NCBI GenBank assembly: GCA_052327205.1
Contig: CM126228.1
Span: forward strand, 25,420,001 to 25,484,000
DNA from: Somniosus microcephalus
Lineage: Eukaryota
Direction: 5' to 3'
DNA: 64,000 nucleotides
A program made the position numbers and the translations under genes. The notes below the pieces were generated by a model, which saw only the letters and a list, made by a program, of their open reading frames with translations, did not search any database and was not told where the DNA came from. Within the stretch, counting starts at the first letter, position 1. Every line of letters begins with the position of its first letter. Positions 41,019 to 54,450 of this stretch are shown piece by piece.

Positions 41019-42451
41019 TATATGCATAAAATGTCTATTAATTGTGCACAAGCTGAAATTTTGATTTCTACAGGATTGCTGGTTAGTGGCACCAAATTTT
41101 CTCTCATATTTACTTAAATATATTTTTTAATCAGCAGAATTTTCTTGTAGTTTAAAACTTTTTTTTACCCCTCAGATCTTAATTTGGGGGCACATGGAAT
41201 TCCAAACATCATCTCTACAATAAGCAGTGAGCAGTAAAACTAATGCTTATAAACACACAAATCCTTTTAATAGCAAATTTTAGCCATCCAAAATTTATGA
41301 AAAATGGGTATATAGAAAATCAACTTCAAAACAAGAGCTTGTGCTGTGAATCTCTATTTGAGCTATTTTACCATTGGATATATACACGTGTGTGCCCACA
41401 AGATGGTGCTCTATTTTAATCTACTTTAAATTTTTTAATTCATTGCTAATTCAGTGTTTCTGTCCCAAGTGAAGCCGCCTGAGCAGCTGATCACTCCGTT
41501 CTGATTTATAACAAATCTTCAAAATGCAGTCTTTAATTCCAAAATTCTTAATGAGTCAAAGACAGCTTATACTGAATTTTGTCTGCCTACATAAACTTTA
41601 AGGGAAAAATTAAATACTTGATGAAGATGACAGTCTGTGACACTAGATAATATCTAGGCTTGCAGTGGAATTTATCTGTTTACCTCAAAGTCAAAATGCA
41701 GTTGTAGTTAGTATTATCATGAAATTAAATTTCTTTTGACCATTGATTATCTTTTCCCAATCTCTCTTGAAACAACTGGGTTGTGTGATGACGAAATGAA
41801 AGGTGTGTTCCTCCTGTTTCTTTTAACTAATACTTTTCAAACAGTAATTTAAAAACAATTTGCCAGTTCTGATTCAGTTATTATGATTAATGCGTGTTCA
41901 ATTGTCAATCATGAAAAGTGTAACCACAGACGTCAGAAATAATGACCAGTGGCGAACTGTCATCCTTGCATTGCATTTCGAAACTCCATATAGAAACTGG
42001 GAAAACTAGTTTGCAGGAATAGATGTGTGCAGTACAGGAGTCTTAATCCTTTCTGTTTTTCATATTTTGTCTTTTGCTAGACTTAATAAATTACATTTCT
42101 AATAATTTGAACAAACAGTTCTGTGCACAAGACCTGTTCATTTCTGAAGCTATAGCTTCAACTCTGTACTTTGGAATCATGAATCAACAAAATATATATT
42201 TAACCAATTAAAGTTAGTGATTGAATTTTATAAATATTTTTTAAAATTCATTTTTTGCTTTCCTATCATTGTGTATGATCTTTGCCTCCTCCCTGCCCAG
42301 ACATCTTTCTCCAACCAAGGAAGAAGGCAGGCAAGGTGGCATCATATTTTTACTTTCTTCATCCACTGACAGCAAGGCTGAGAACAAGGATCTTTAGAAT
42401 TTGGGTACATATCTGCAGTCTACTGTTTGATGGACTTCAAAATTATTACTA

Positions 42452-42653
42452 CAGGTAGACTACCCTTTATCCGAACTTCCGAAAACCGAAACCCTCTAAA
42501 AACCGAAGGTTTTTTCGGTCAGCGTAAGTCGTGCGCACGACATGACCAGAGTGGCGCACGACCCCCCGCGGACCCACCTTCCGAAATCTGAAATTTTCCG
42601 AAAACCGAAACACAGCTGGTCCCGAGGTTTTCGGATAAAGGATAGTCTACCTG
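42452..42653. mobile_element. Tigger-like MITE, second family
   Basis: TIR CAGGTAGACTACCCTTTATCCGAA / TTCGGATAAAGGATAGTCTACCTG (one mismatch); TA duplication. Confidence 0.88.
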
Positions 42654-45600
42654 TAATTACATTGCATTGGTCAAATGCAGAATCTGAAATGTTTATATTT
42701 TAACCACATTTTTAACTGAAGGGAAAAAGAACATAATTTAAAGGTCTTGTCGATGTTAATTCGTCTTTGTAATAATGGACTTGAACAAAAAAAACATAAA
42801 TTTAACTTTTTATATAAAGCATTTAAACACACAAATACCAAATTTCAGGAAATTGTTTATTTCCAAGAACAAACCATGGTTTATTCTTGCTTTCACTGGA
42901 TCAACATATTTTCCTTATGTTACTTTCTGTTACATGTTTGTGAATTCTTCTGTCTGCACTACCCAGTGTTTCTAGGCTGTTAGCTTTTCAGTTTTTTGTT
43001 TAAAATAATGTGGGTATTTTCTACCTCTTAGCTATACTAGTACAGTACTTACTTTTGTCACTTTCCTCAGCCTCCAAATTGCCCATCTTTCAGCTGGGTG
43101 ATCCAGGCTATGGATTTCAAAATTATTACTAATTACATCGCATTGGTCAACAATAGTTGTTTTAGCTCTGCTGTTAGTTTCATCTTAATGAGAGTTGAAC
43201 GATGGATAGAGGAATGATGTATGAATGCATTAATCATTCACACACTAATATCTCAACAATTTCTAGATTTAAATTTCACTAATATATACAAAAAACCTAA
43301 GCCTATAAATTATTGTTTGTGATATTAGTGTCTGAGCATTGAACTTATCTATATGACATTCCTCTGACATTTTAACAGAACTGTTAACTTGTTTATTTTA
43401 AACAAGTTAACGTATCAGCTAAAACAGCAGACTGGAATGTCATACAAATACATTTAAGTATTTGTATGCTAGTACTGCACACAGCCATTTCTAGGCTCTA
43501 ATTTTACTAAGGTGTCTGAAAAATCTATTGATTTATTTCCTAAGTAAAGGAATATGATCAGTAACCAGTTAACCAATTTACAGACAATTTTAGGAAGAAT
43601 GAAGTTTCCATAATGGTTTACACCTCAAGATGAGAATATTTTCTCCATATATTGTATTGTATAAAGAGAAATTCAGGCCTCTCATGAATATAAGCATAAT
43701 ACCTTTTCTTGTCCAAGAGACTAAAGAGTTTCTAATAGAATAGTGGAAATCTTGCTTATTGCTATGTCAGATAAATATTTTTTTTCTTTCTATACAGTTA
43801 ACCCATCAGTTATTTCCACTCAAATAGAAAAAAGCCTTCTGTACATCTTTTGACATTCTCACTACTGTAGTTAATTGGGAGAGAAGTTCCAGCCCAGTGC
43901 AGCTTATGTCTCTGGTCAGAACCTCATGATTGACAGTTCAGTATATAAAGGCTGATAACATTTGATAAAATTAAGTTTGCTTTTTATCTTGGGGTAACTT
44001 GATAATTTGGCACTATAAAATAAATACTGTCACTTCTTTTGGTTATGTTGAGAAGTGTTTAATTTTTTTTTTTAATATTTTGGAGGAGAAACAAATGTAC
44101 CCTAGCACACGCAGTATGCTTTTCTAAAGTTGGTATTTGAAGTAACCGGCTAAACAGCCAGGAGAAAATAGCATTACTGCTGGGCCCAGTGGTCAAAGGG
44201 CTTGAAATGGCCAGTGCATTCTGTTAGAATTGACATCGAGATCTACCATAATAAAAGGAAGAAATCCTTTATTTTGATTAACGCGTTAATCTAGTTGATG
44301 GTTGGGCTTTGAAGCTAATGCAGTGTATAGGTGGTTAGAGGGAGGGATTACATGCAGTACCAGACTGCACCACAATGTTTGATTTTAATTCTGTTCCGTT
44401 TTTAAGCTATTTTAAATATTTTTTTGTAAACTGTAGCAGTTTTGTGTGTGTGTGTGTGTGTTTTAGCTAATGGGTCAATTGAAAGGTTCATGATATTGAC
44501 CCATTGAAAACTTTTGAAATCTTAAATTCTAATTTTCTGTAACTCTCTTGTAATTGTGTTTCTTAAGATAATCCTTTTTTTCTAATGAGTACACTAGGCG
44601 GCACTAAAAAAAAATGCATTTCGGTAACCTCCCATAAGTTGGGTCCTTCCAGGATAACTTGTGGCTGAACAAATTCTATTGTGATTCATTGTTTTAGTAG
44701 CAGCGTCAATTTTTAACGCTTCACAGATGACTGATTCGCAGAGTAGTTGACAGTTGTGGTCCAGTAGACCAGAACTGGTCAATGGAGCACATGCTGAATT
44801 TGCTTGGTCGAGCTGAATCAGTGCTGAACTTAACACTGCATAATAAAACATTGCAGCAAAAGTGTCAGACATATGTTTGCACCTTAAGTAAAATTGAAGA
44901 TGCATTTTAAAATAGATGTTCATATTCAATTCTGTGTTCAGTGGACGTTTTGATGTTTATCTTTTGCACTAGATGCTTAAAGGGAGTCTCTGGCCTGGCA
45001 CATCTCTTAGGACAAATGGTAATCGTTACAGGCAACAAAGATTTCATTTGATAAGATTTTAGGAAATGAGTCAATATACAAAAAAGTGAAATGTCATCTG
45101 CAAAATGACAGATCTTGATTGTTTTATGTAGCAATGTACATTGATCTCAATGAGATAATTGTTTTACTTGATTCTCTTGTATGAGAATATTAAAACAGGA
45201 TGAAAATTTAAAGTTCAATTTGCTTCACCATGTTAATAAATGATCACAAGTGTGCATGTGTGTTGTTGAATTATATTGTACAGTGCTAGGTATATTCCTG
45301 TAACCACTTTTTGCTGAAGTGAATCTGGTTCTTTAATGGCCAGGGATGCACAGTTATACACATTACAAGTTATGTACCTTTTTGAAGTTTACTAATTCAC
45401 CTTAGAAACATTGTTGAATATGTTCAGTTTTCAATTTTGTTCAGTTGATTTTGAGAATTAGTATTTGGTAAACTATTGTGGAAGAAGTTCCTACAGTAAT
45501 TTGCTATACATATATTTTTGCAAAGTAATTGCCGTTAATGAATATGAGCTGATGAGAAGGAACTGGTTTCAGCAGTCATAACTAATGCACATCAAGTGAA

Positions 45601-46140
45601 GCTACAAACAACAGCAAATTCCAACTCCTTACTACATCACAAGGTAATGCTTGCCTGTACCACAATTTTATTTAGTGTAGAATCTGTTTTTTTTAATGGT
45701 GTTTGCCTGTTGTACTGCTGAAAAAAATCAGTAGTGCAATAATGTTGGAATAGCATTTCAGCTTAGTTTTTTTTTTCTTATTGAAAGTGCTCACAGATAT
45801 TGTTGAAGTTTTGTAAATGGTTTCAAAAACCAATAAAAAAATTTTGTACTACATTCTGGTCTGGAACGTATGTCCCCATATATTGAGCTGTTTTTCCCTA
45901 TAATGTAATCGTATGTCATAATTCAAATCTACCTCCTGTTCTAGACATCATTCATCCTCACATGGACAAATCCAGTGGAGGCACTGTTTGGGTAAGGATT
46001 TGGTTCTGTAGCTGATCATTCTAGAGGGCAACAGCTTCTGATAAATCAACATCCTTGTACGTAGAAGATAATCATGCTTTCAATACCAATGGAATCAATC
46101 CCTCAATCATTTCAATGAAATGAAAAATCAAAGCAGAATA

Positions 46141-46477
46141 CAGGAAACTCTCTCTTTTAACCAGCACCTAAATAACCGGAAATCTCTGTTAACCGGCAAA
46201 ATTCAGGAGTAGGTTCAGGTAAGTTTTACTTCATATTAGTGGCAGTTCCTGGATCTGTGGCCGTGTAACTGGGGTTCGTTCACTTGTTGCTAAGCAACAG
46301 GGACGCTTGGTCTGTGGCCGGAGTTCCTGCACATGTTGCTAAGCAACAGGGAAGCCTGGATTTGTTGCTGTGTACGGAGCTCTCGTACCTTTTACTATAC
46401 CTCTCTGTAATCCGGACTTTTTGATAAACCAGCACCACGCTGGTCCCGTTGGTGCCGGATAATAAAAGAGTTTCCTG
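46141..46477. mobile_element. CAGGAAAC MITE copy F
   Basis: TA-CAGGAAACTCT...AGAGTTTCCTG-TA; related to copy A in opposite orientation. Confidence 0.85.
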
Positions 46478-46851
46478 TACATTCAATTTTTATTTTTAAA
46501 AGTTTAGGAGAATTAGGTTAGCATACTGCATTTCTAGCCCACACAGATGGTATCCTCTCACTGTGGGTTCCATATGAAATGAGGTTTGGGAGTCTTCGTC
46601 CAGTGGATCCGCATCACAAACCTGCCACTGGCTTAGCAATCTTACTCGGAGGCTACAAAAATGAAGTGCTTACCTTGAGAAAATATCATTACTCCGGGTC
46701 TGTAACTGGCAGACTTGGGTCTAAGCCAAAGTCTCCAATTTTTTTTCCCCCCAAGGACTACCAAAAGCTTCAATAGTTTGAAACTACTTACTGTGCTTTA
46801 ATGCAATAAACATCCCAAGGCACTTCATACAGGCAATAGGGTATTACCATC

Positions 46852-48236
46852 GAATCATAGAATAGCACAGCACAGAAGGAGGCCATTCGGCCCATCGAGT
46901 CTGTGCCGGCTCTTTTGAAGAGCAATCCAGTTAGTCCCACTCCCCTGCCCTTTTCCCATATACCTGCAATTTTTTCTCCTTCGAGTATTTATCCAATTCC
47001 CTTTTGAAAGCTACTATTGAATCTATCCACCACCCTATCGAGCAGTGTATTCCAAATCCTAACCACTCCTTGCCTCTGGTTCTTTTGCCAATTACCTTAA
47101 ATCTGTGCCCTCTGGTTATTGACCCTTCAGCCATTGGAAACAGTTTCTCTTTAAAATCATTAAGGGTTTACATAAGAACATAAGAAGTAGCAGTAGGCCA
47201 TACGGCCCCTCGGGCCTGCTCCGCCATTCAATAGGATCATGGCTGATCCGAATCTAGACTCACGTCCACTTCCCTGCCCTCTCCCCGTAACCCCTAATTC
47301 CCTTATCTGCTAGGAAACTGTCTATCTCCGTTTTAAATTTATTTAATGTTGCAGCTTCCACAGCTCTCTGGGGTAGCAAATTCCATAGATTTACTACCCT
47401 CTGAGTGAAGAAGTTTCTCCTCCTCTCAGTTTTGAAAGGGCAGCCCCTTATTCTAAGATTATGCCCCCTAGTTCTAGTCTCACCCATCAGTGGAAACATC
47501 CTCACCGCATCCACCCGATCAAGCCCCCTCACAATCTTATATGTTTCGATAAGATCGCCTCTCATTCTTCTGAACTCCAATGAGTAGAGTCCCAACCTAC
47601 TCAACCTTTCCTCATACGTCAACCCCCTCATCTCTGGAATCAACCGAGTGAACCTTCTCTGAACCGCCTCGAGAGCAAGTATATCTTTTCTTAAATATGG
47701 AAACCAAAACTGCACGCAGTATTCCAGGTGTGGCCTCACCAATACCCTGTATAACTGCAGCAAGACTTCCCTGTTTTTATACTCCATCCCCCTTGCAATA
47801 AAAGCCAAGATTCCATTGGCCTTCCTGATCACCTGCTGCACCTGTTTAGATAGAGTAAATAAACACCACCTATCAAATTTCCTCTTAGCCTTCGCTGCTC
47901 CAAGGAGAACAACCCCAGCTTCTCCAGTCTATCCACGTAACTGTAATCCCTCATCCCTGGAACCATTCTAATAAATCTCTTCTGTACCCTCTCCAAAGCC
48001 TTCACGTGCTTCCTAGAGTGTGGTGCCCAGAATTGGACACAATACTCCCAGCTAGGGTCGAACTAGTGTTTCATATAGGTTTAGCATAACTTCTGGCTTT
48101 TGTACTCTCTGCCTCTATTTATAAAGCCCAGGATATGCTTTTATTAACTGCTTTGTTAATCTGTCCTGCCACCTTCAAAAATTTGTGCACAGGCACCTCC
48201 AGGTCTCCTCTTGCACCCCCTTTAAAATTGTACCAG
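46852..48236 (-). mobile_element. Older CR1 LINE fragment interrupted by a nested younger CR1
   Basis: Tail at 46852-47150 and RT remnants at 47866-48236 resemble the 25195-26578 subfamily. Confidence 0.8.
47171..47844 (-). mobile_element. Nested younger CR1 3' fragment (193-aa open frame)
   Basis: QQVIRKANGILAFI...RPHLEYCVQFW...GYGERAGKW, (CTTATGTT)n tail, flanked by TTTA on both sides. Confidence 0.9.
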
Positions 48237-48755
48237 TTAGCATTTAGTTATGCAAGGAACTTTGCACACATCAGCACAATAGAATTTATATTTTATATCT
48301 GAGCCAAGAAGCTAGAAATAACTATTTCAACAAGACCTTCTGAAAATTTGTATATGCTGTTAATTTAGTTACTGTAATAGTTTAACGTGCAAAGATGTTG
48401 ACCTCAGTTAGATTCCAAGCCGATCATTTCCTCATAGCTAATAGTAAGTGTAAACTATGCCCATACACACCCACAGCAAACAGAATTTGTTTATTTCCAC
48501 TTATTGTTCCACGTAAAGTGCCCAGAATGCATTACGGCCCTTTACCACACAATCATCATTACTCAAAATAGTCAAGGAAAACAAAATTCTGTCTCCCTAC
48601 GCACCACAATGTTTGCATGCATCTTGCAGACCCATTCATGTACTTTTTAAGAATTCATATTCATTTTGTAGATTAAATTTATACAGAAACTGAACAAAAC
48701 TGCAAAAACATGAGAACAGTTGCGGTCTGGCCAGGCAAGTTGTTTGTGTGCTGGA

Positions 48756-49016
48756 GAAGGTTGCCAATCCTTCAGGATTGCCCTGGAGCTTCCAGGCATT
48801 GAAGATTAATCTCCCAGACACTGCTGTGAGCAACCTGGGAGAAAAATCGGAAGCATTTAAAAACAATGTTTTATTAAATTTTCTTTGAACATTTGTTTAT
48901 TCATTTAAAAAATATTGGAGATGAGTGGGAAAAGTCTTTGACTGGGCGGAGCAGTGGAGGCATAAGATCATGTATGAAGCCTCCAGGATAACATCCAGCA
49001 AAAGTTGGTAACCCTA
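48756..49016. mobile_element. hAT-type MITE
   Basis: Perfect 8-bp target duplication GTGCTGGA (48748-48755, 49017-49024); degenerate TIR GAAGGTTGCCAA / TTGGTAACCCTA. Confidence 0.8.
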
Positions 49017-49034
49017 GTGCTGGAATGTGACAAT

Positions 49035-49868
49035 GGCCCGGATTTTGCGGTGGGACGGTGCTCGCTGCTGACCTTGAAGAAAGCTGCTCACAAAGATTTA
49101 GCGGGTTCTAGAGCGTTGTTCCCCCCCCCCCCCCCCACCCTATTCCGATGTGATTTTCAATCTGGCACCATCTGTAGGGAATCTATGACATCAGTGAAGT
49201 CACCAAGCAGGCTGAGCAGCCAATCAGATTGAAAAATTCTCAGACAGCAAACCAGGTAGTAAAAAACACAGATTATACTTCACTTTTTAATCATTTTACA
49301 GAAAGTGAAATAAAGATTGGGACATGGGATTAAGGTAGAAGCTGAAATATAAACAAATTTATAAAACAGTCCACATTTATAAAATTGGTATTTCAGGGCC
49401 AGAGAGGTGGTTCAGCAGTAATTATGATTTTAGTACACCATTAAAAACTTACCTCATTCTACAAGGCTGAACTCTTTCAATGGTTTTTACAGCGAGAATA
49501 GTGCGTAAAAAGTTGAAGTTCACGTCAAATCACTGATTCTGTGTTGATTGCATCTGCGAGGACTGCAACAGCGCACCCTGTGGAGGTGCAGAGTATCACT
49601 GACAGCAACTTCCGGGTTATAACTATAGGGCAGTCGAGGGTTATGGGGCGCGGGTAGGAAAGTGGAGTTGAGGCCAAGATCAGATCAACCATGATATTAT
49701 TGAATGACGGAGCACGCTCGAGGGGCCAAATGGTCTACTCCTACTCCTATTTCTTAAGTTCCGTGTTTAATGTGCACGTACGTACTCCAGAAGTTGCTGT
49801 CAGTTTTACACAGTAATGACGGTGAGTGCTGACAGTTTTGCCATCGGTACAACCGCAAATTCTGGGCC
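49035..49868. mobile_element. Non-autonomous TIR element with nested CR1 tail (about 49630-49757)
   Basis: GGCCCGGATTTTGCGGT...ACCGCAAATTCTGGGCC inverted termini (15/17); an internal inverted repeat is split by a CR1 3' fragment. Superfamily not established. Confidence 0.65.
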
Positions 49869-50419
49869 GAGGCGCCATTTTTCGGTTTATATGAACTGGA
49901 ATCCACCCGTCCCTGCATTGACCTGGGTCAGAGGCCACCTCTTTTAATGACCAGAATCCAATTGGGAAATTATTAGTTTGTTAAATGTCCCATTGTTTGT
50001 CACTGCAAATGGGGTATAAAAGCTGCTCCTCTCTGCAATTTCTACATTGTCATACATCATTTTTACTGATTCCACACTCCCACTCGTGGAATGAAGTAAG
50101 TCAAATGTACACATGCAGTGACCAGCTCCAAGTCAGCAATGTCACCTGAGCCAGAAATATCATTAAAAAATCTCATTCCCCACTCTCCAATTGCTAACAG
50201 CAGCGGTAACACTTGAACATCTCTGGCTCAGGAAAAGTTTTTCTGTGAGCATCACTAAAATGTGACAATAGTAATTGGAAGCCCATTAGAAGTGCCAAGA
50301 AATGGCTTTTGCAACACAATATACCTCCATGATCTTTTTCTTTTCAATATTATCATTTCTAAAATGTATTTTTCCCCATTGCTTAGTCCCTTCCATTCCT
50401 CGAGTAAGGCAGAAAAGTA

Positions 50420-50985
50420 ACTTTAATTCACCGCCCCATTCCCACTCAGACCTCCCCGTACTTGGGCTCTTGCATTGTTCCACAGAAACCCAGCGTAAGC
50501 TCGAGGAACAGCACCTCTTCTTCCGATTAGGCACTTTACAGCCTTCCAGACTCAATATCGAGTTCAACAATTTCAGATCATAACCTCGGCCCCTATTACA
50601 TTTTTAGATATTTTTTATCCACACCTTTGTTTTGGCCCTTCCCCCTTTTTTTCTCCCACATGGCAGCTGTCTCCCATTCTGCCAGCGCATTTCACACCTA
50701 ATTTAGAGCCGTCTTTTGTCTCTCCACTAGTCCTATCACCATCTCGTCTCGTTTTGAATACCTCTTAATGTCTCTTCACTTGTCTTTTGTTCTTTCATCC
50801 CCATTTCCCAGCCCCCAAACTGGCCTTTTAATCTGTTTCATTTCCTGTGTTTTCTCAGTCTTGACGAAGGGTTTTGACCTGAAACGTTGACTCTATTTCT
50901 CTCGCCACGGATGTTGCCTGGCCTGCTGAGTTTTTCCAGCATTTTCTGTTATTTTGGATTTCCAGCATCCACAGTATTTTGCTAT
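50420..50985 (+). mobile_element. Penelope-like element 3' end (GIY-YIG endonuclease C-terminus + terminal repeat)
   Basis: Translation FNSPPHSHSDL...RKLEEQHLFFRLGTLQPSRLNIEF, then pyrimidine-rich UTR and tgacgaaggg...cctgaaacgtt motif. Confidence 0.8.
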
Positions 50986-51672
50986 CAGAAAAGTAACTTG
51001 CTCTGCCTATATTGGCTGGAAAGAACAGCTCAAGAATGGATGGGCAGCACTACTTTCTATTTCCTCTTCCTCACACTCTGATGTAGAGAAGTACTTCGCT
51101 CCGGCTCAGTTACTTCATTCCCACTGAACTGACCAGCAGTCGTTTTGCAACAAATGACCGACATTCTACCATTCCACAGCAGATTGGTACAGCATTCCAT
51201 GGCAGTTCTGCCAGCAGATTTTAAATTCTGTTGGATTATAATGCAAATGAACAGTCCCAGGTGTATTGAAATAGTAACCAAATGAGACCTATTTTTATCA
51301 AAATAAAATTCAAACCCAACGAAATGTTGTAGTCTACGCTTGTATACTGATTCCTTGCAAATAATGGATGCTTTTTTCCACCAGTATTCTTTGCTAAATC
51401 TATTAACGTGGACAGAAATAGCATATTAACTAAATATAAAATAATAGCAGGTTGTAGGCAGTCCTAAAATGATCTTGGGGTCCAAGTTGAATACGAACAG
51501 GCACACATTAGTAACAAATTGCCCAATCATGCTGTGCTTTTTATAATATAGCCAATATACTCTTGCTTACCTTGATTAGATAAAATTGGTGCAAAAAAGA
51601 AAGAGCTGTTGTGACCCAGTGAATGGATTACGGCGATGACATGATGGTCTGCAGCGAAAGGTTGAATGGTGT

Positions 51673-52291
51673 TGCAGTAGTGATACCCGCCCTCCTGTAT
51701 GCTTCAGAGATGTGGACCATGTACAGCAGGCGCCTCAAAGCACTGGAGAGGTACCACCAACGCTGCCTCCACAAGATCCTGCAAGTCCATTGGCAGGATA
51801 GGCGCACCAACGTCAGTGTTCTTGTTCAGGCCAGCATCAAAGCTTTGACCACGCTCAATCAGTTCCGATGGACGGGTCACATTGTCTGCATGCCTGATAC
51901 GAGACTCCCAAAACAAGCGCTCTACTCAGAGCTCCGACACGGCAAGAGAGCCCCAGGTGGGCAGAGGAAATGTTTCAAGGACACCCTCAAAGCCTCCTTG
52001 AAAAATGCAACATCCCCACCCATACCTGGGAATCCCTGGCCCAAGACCGCACAAAGTGGAGGAGAAGCATCCGGGAAGATGCCGAACACCTCGAGTCTCT
52101 TCGCCGGGAGCAAGCAGAAGCCAAGCGCTAACAGCGGAAGGAGCGCACGTCACCCCAAGCACCCCACCCCTTCAACCACCGTCTGCCCCACCTGTGACAG
52201 GGACTGTAGGTCCCACATTGGACTCATCAGTCACCTGAGAACTCATTTTTGATGTGGAAGCAAGTCATCCTCGGTTCCGAGGGACTGCCTA
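51673..52291 (+). mobile_element. RTE-clade LINE 3' fragment
   Basis: LLYASEMW, HQRCLHKIL, RWTGHIVCMPDTRLPKQALYSEL...GKRAPGGQRK and terminal CPTCDRDCRSHIGLISHLRTH zinc finger. Confidence 0.88.
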
Positions 52292-54084
52292 AGAGAAGAG
52301 AGGTGTTGAGAGTACAAAATGTAACACACGACACTGGAAGGAAGAGGAACAGTAATACTGGGAAAGAGGATAGGAATCCAATGTACTATGATATGCAGAG
52401 AATACCATGCAGCTATAGGAGTATGCAATTATGGGAATCATTTCAAAAAATGAACTACCCCTGACTAAAAGGAAGCATTTGAAACAAATGCAAAACCTTT
52501 CTGCCCCTGTTTCTTTAACCATTTTATTGATGGTTTTATTAAATAGACAGTCAAAAAATTATTTCCCTATGCCTTTTGCAAATTCCCTTATTATATAAAA
52601 GTGCTGATTTTTGAGAGCTGCTAATAGGCGTAGCTCACGAGAAAACTGTTAATTATTTTCAACAAATATTAATGTATCTCCCATGTTATTGCTCATGCTA
52701 CATTGGATAATATGCTGTTTTGTAAGGACAGGGGCATTGTTCCATGTAATAGATTCTGCTGCTAAGGCAAAGCTCTGTGTAACTTGGACTGCTGCTTTAC
52801 GATCACAGTCCAATTGCTGTAAATGGGTCAATAACATGCTCCTTCCTGTTAGGCACACTGAGGTCAACGAGAGGGTAATTGTTTCTCTGTAGATTGTCAG
52901 TTGCAGGTAAATCAATGGTACCACCTCAATGTGAGTCAATGAAGATGACTGAAACATGGAAGACCACTGACAAAAGAACCCAGATGATTAAAGAGGTAGA
53001 AGTGAAATGTTCGTTCTCCATATAGGAAGTTCAAAATAAATCACCACAACAGCAAGAAATGGAACTTCTTAAAGCTGAACAGGTAAGGATCAATTTTACA
53101 AAGTTATCCTCCCAGCAGAAAGCCTCGCCCGTCAGGAGTACATTTTGGGAAACGATCATGATTTTATAAAATTAGTGTTGTAGAGTGCTACAAAATGTCT
53201 GGGTGACTGAACACCATTATACACATCAACCATGAAAATCTGTATTTTGCTCAAACCAGTTTGGAAATAAATTGCTGACTTATATTTTGTGTCCTGTCAT
53301 GACACCCATTAGATAATTTTTTCACAGGCAAATTAATTATTATTGGTTGTTTATGTTTTCCAACCAGGTCAATCTGAACACTGGTCAAACAGGAGGCTGA
53401 AATGCTCCCCATAAGGAGGGAAATAAAATTGATGAAAAAGTCTCCCTTTCACTTCATATTGCTTACTACAGATGTACAAGCAAGATGGGCTGCCCAGCCC
53501 CTTGGCTGGAGTATGGTGAAGGGCCCATTAGAAAAGGGAAATGTTTTTAATTTTTGAAGGACTACACCCTTATTTAAAAAAAATCACTTTCCTTGTTCCT
53601 GAACGTATAACTTCTCCAAGAAGGCAGAAAGAGGCAGTCTCTATTCGGGCTATCAAAGGTAGAATCTCCTCATTCTAATTTCCTCCAGCCCTTTTGCAAA
53701 GAGATGTTTGATTTCTACTCGATGCTTGAACCCACAACCTTCTGACTCAGAGGCGAGAGCGCTACCGACTGAGACACAGCTGTAAAATGTTACTCATAAA
53801 ATGACCTTTTTGGTATTGTAAAGCTCCAGAAACCATATTCTCTGTTGGGTCTAGTCCTGCATTGTGGGCTAGACACTCAACATTGATTGAGCTTGAATTA
53901 TTCAGCAGGTCTTTGCTGGCTGTTTATCTGTAAATGTTTCAGTTCTTCCTGATTGATTGCTGCCCATATCAATCATGGAAAGTCTTTCTCCCTTAACTTT
54001 GACTCCACAATGTAATTAAGGAACTACCCTCCTGAGTCTAAGGAACAATCACAGAGCATGCCTGGCCTAGCTGTTTGTAATACA

Positions 54085-54450
54085 GTATGGTAGTGTAGTC
54101 ATTATGTTACCAGATTAGTAACCCAGAGGACTGGACTAAATATCCAGAGAATGTGAATGAGAATTTTAATTCAGTTTAAGAAGAAATTAAAATACTGGTA
54201 ACAGTAAAAGTTGGATTGTTGTAAAAGCCCAACTGGTTCATTAATGTCCTTTAGTGAAGGAAGCCTGTTGGCCTATATGTGACTCCCATGGCTCTGTGGT
54301 TGACTCTTAACTGCTCTCTGAAGTCACTCAGTTGCATCAAACCATTACAAAGAATATCATATGGACTGCTGCGGTTAAGAAGGCCACCATCACCTTATCG
54401 GGCAACTAGGAATAGGCAATAAATGTCTGCCGTACCAACGATGCTCATGC
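54085..54450 (+). mobile_element. Degenerate SINE with LINE-derived tail
   Basis: tRNA-like head (ggtagtgtagtcattatgttacc) and tail ggactgctgcggttaagaagg...gggcaactaggaataggcaataaatg, similar to 56960-57065. Confidence 0.55.

Larger units (their letters stand above)
35461..45860 (+). other. Probable long RFX7 3' UTR; end uncertain
   Basis: AT-rich sequence after the stop; AATAAA at 44019, 45235 and 45832, after which repeat density rises. No transcript evidence. Confidence 0.35.
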
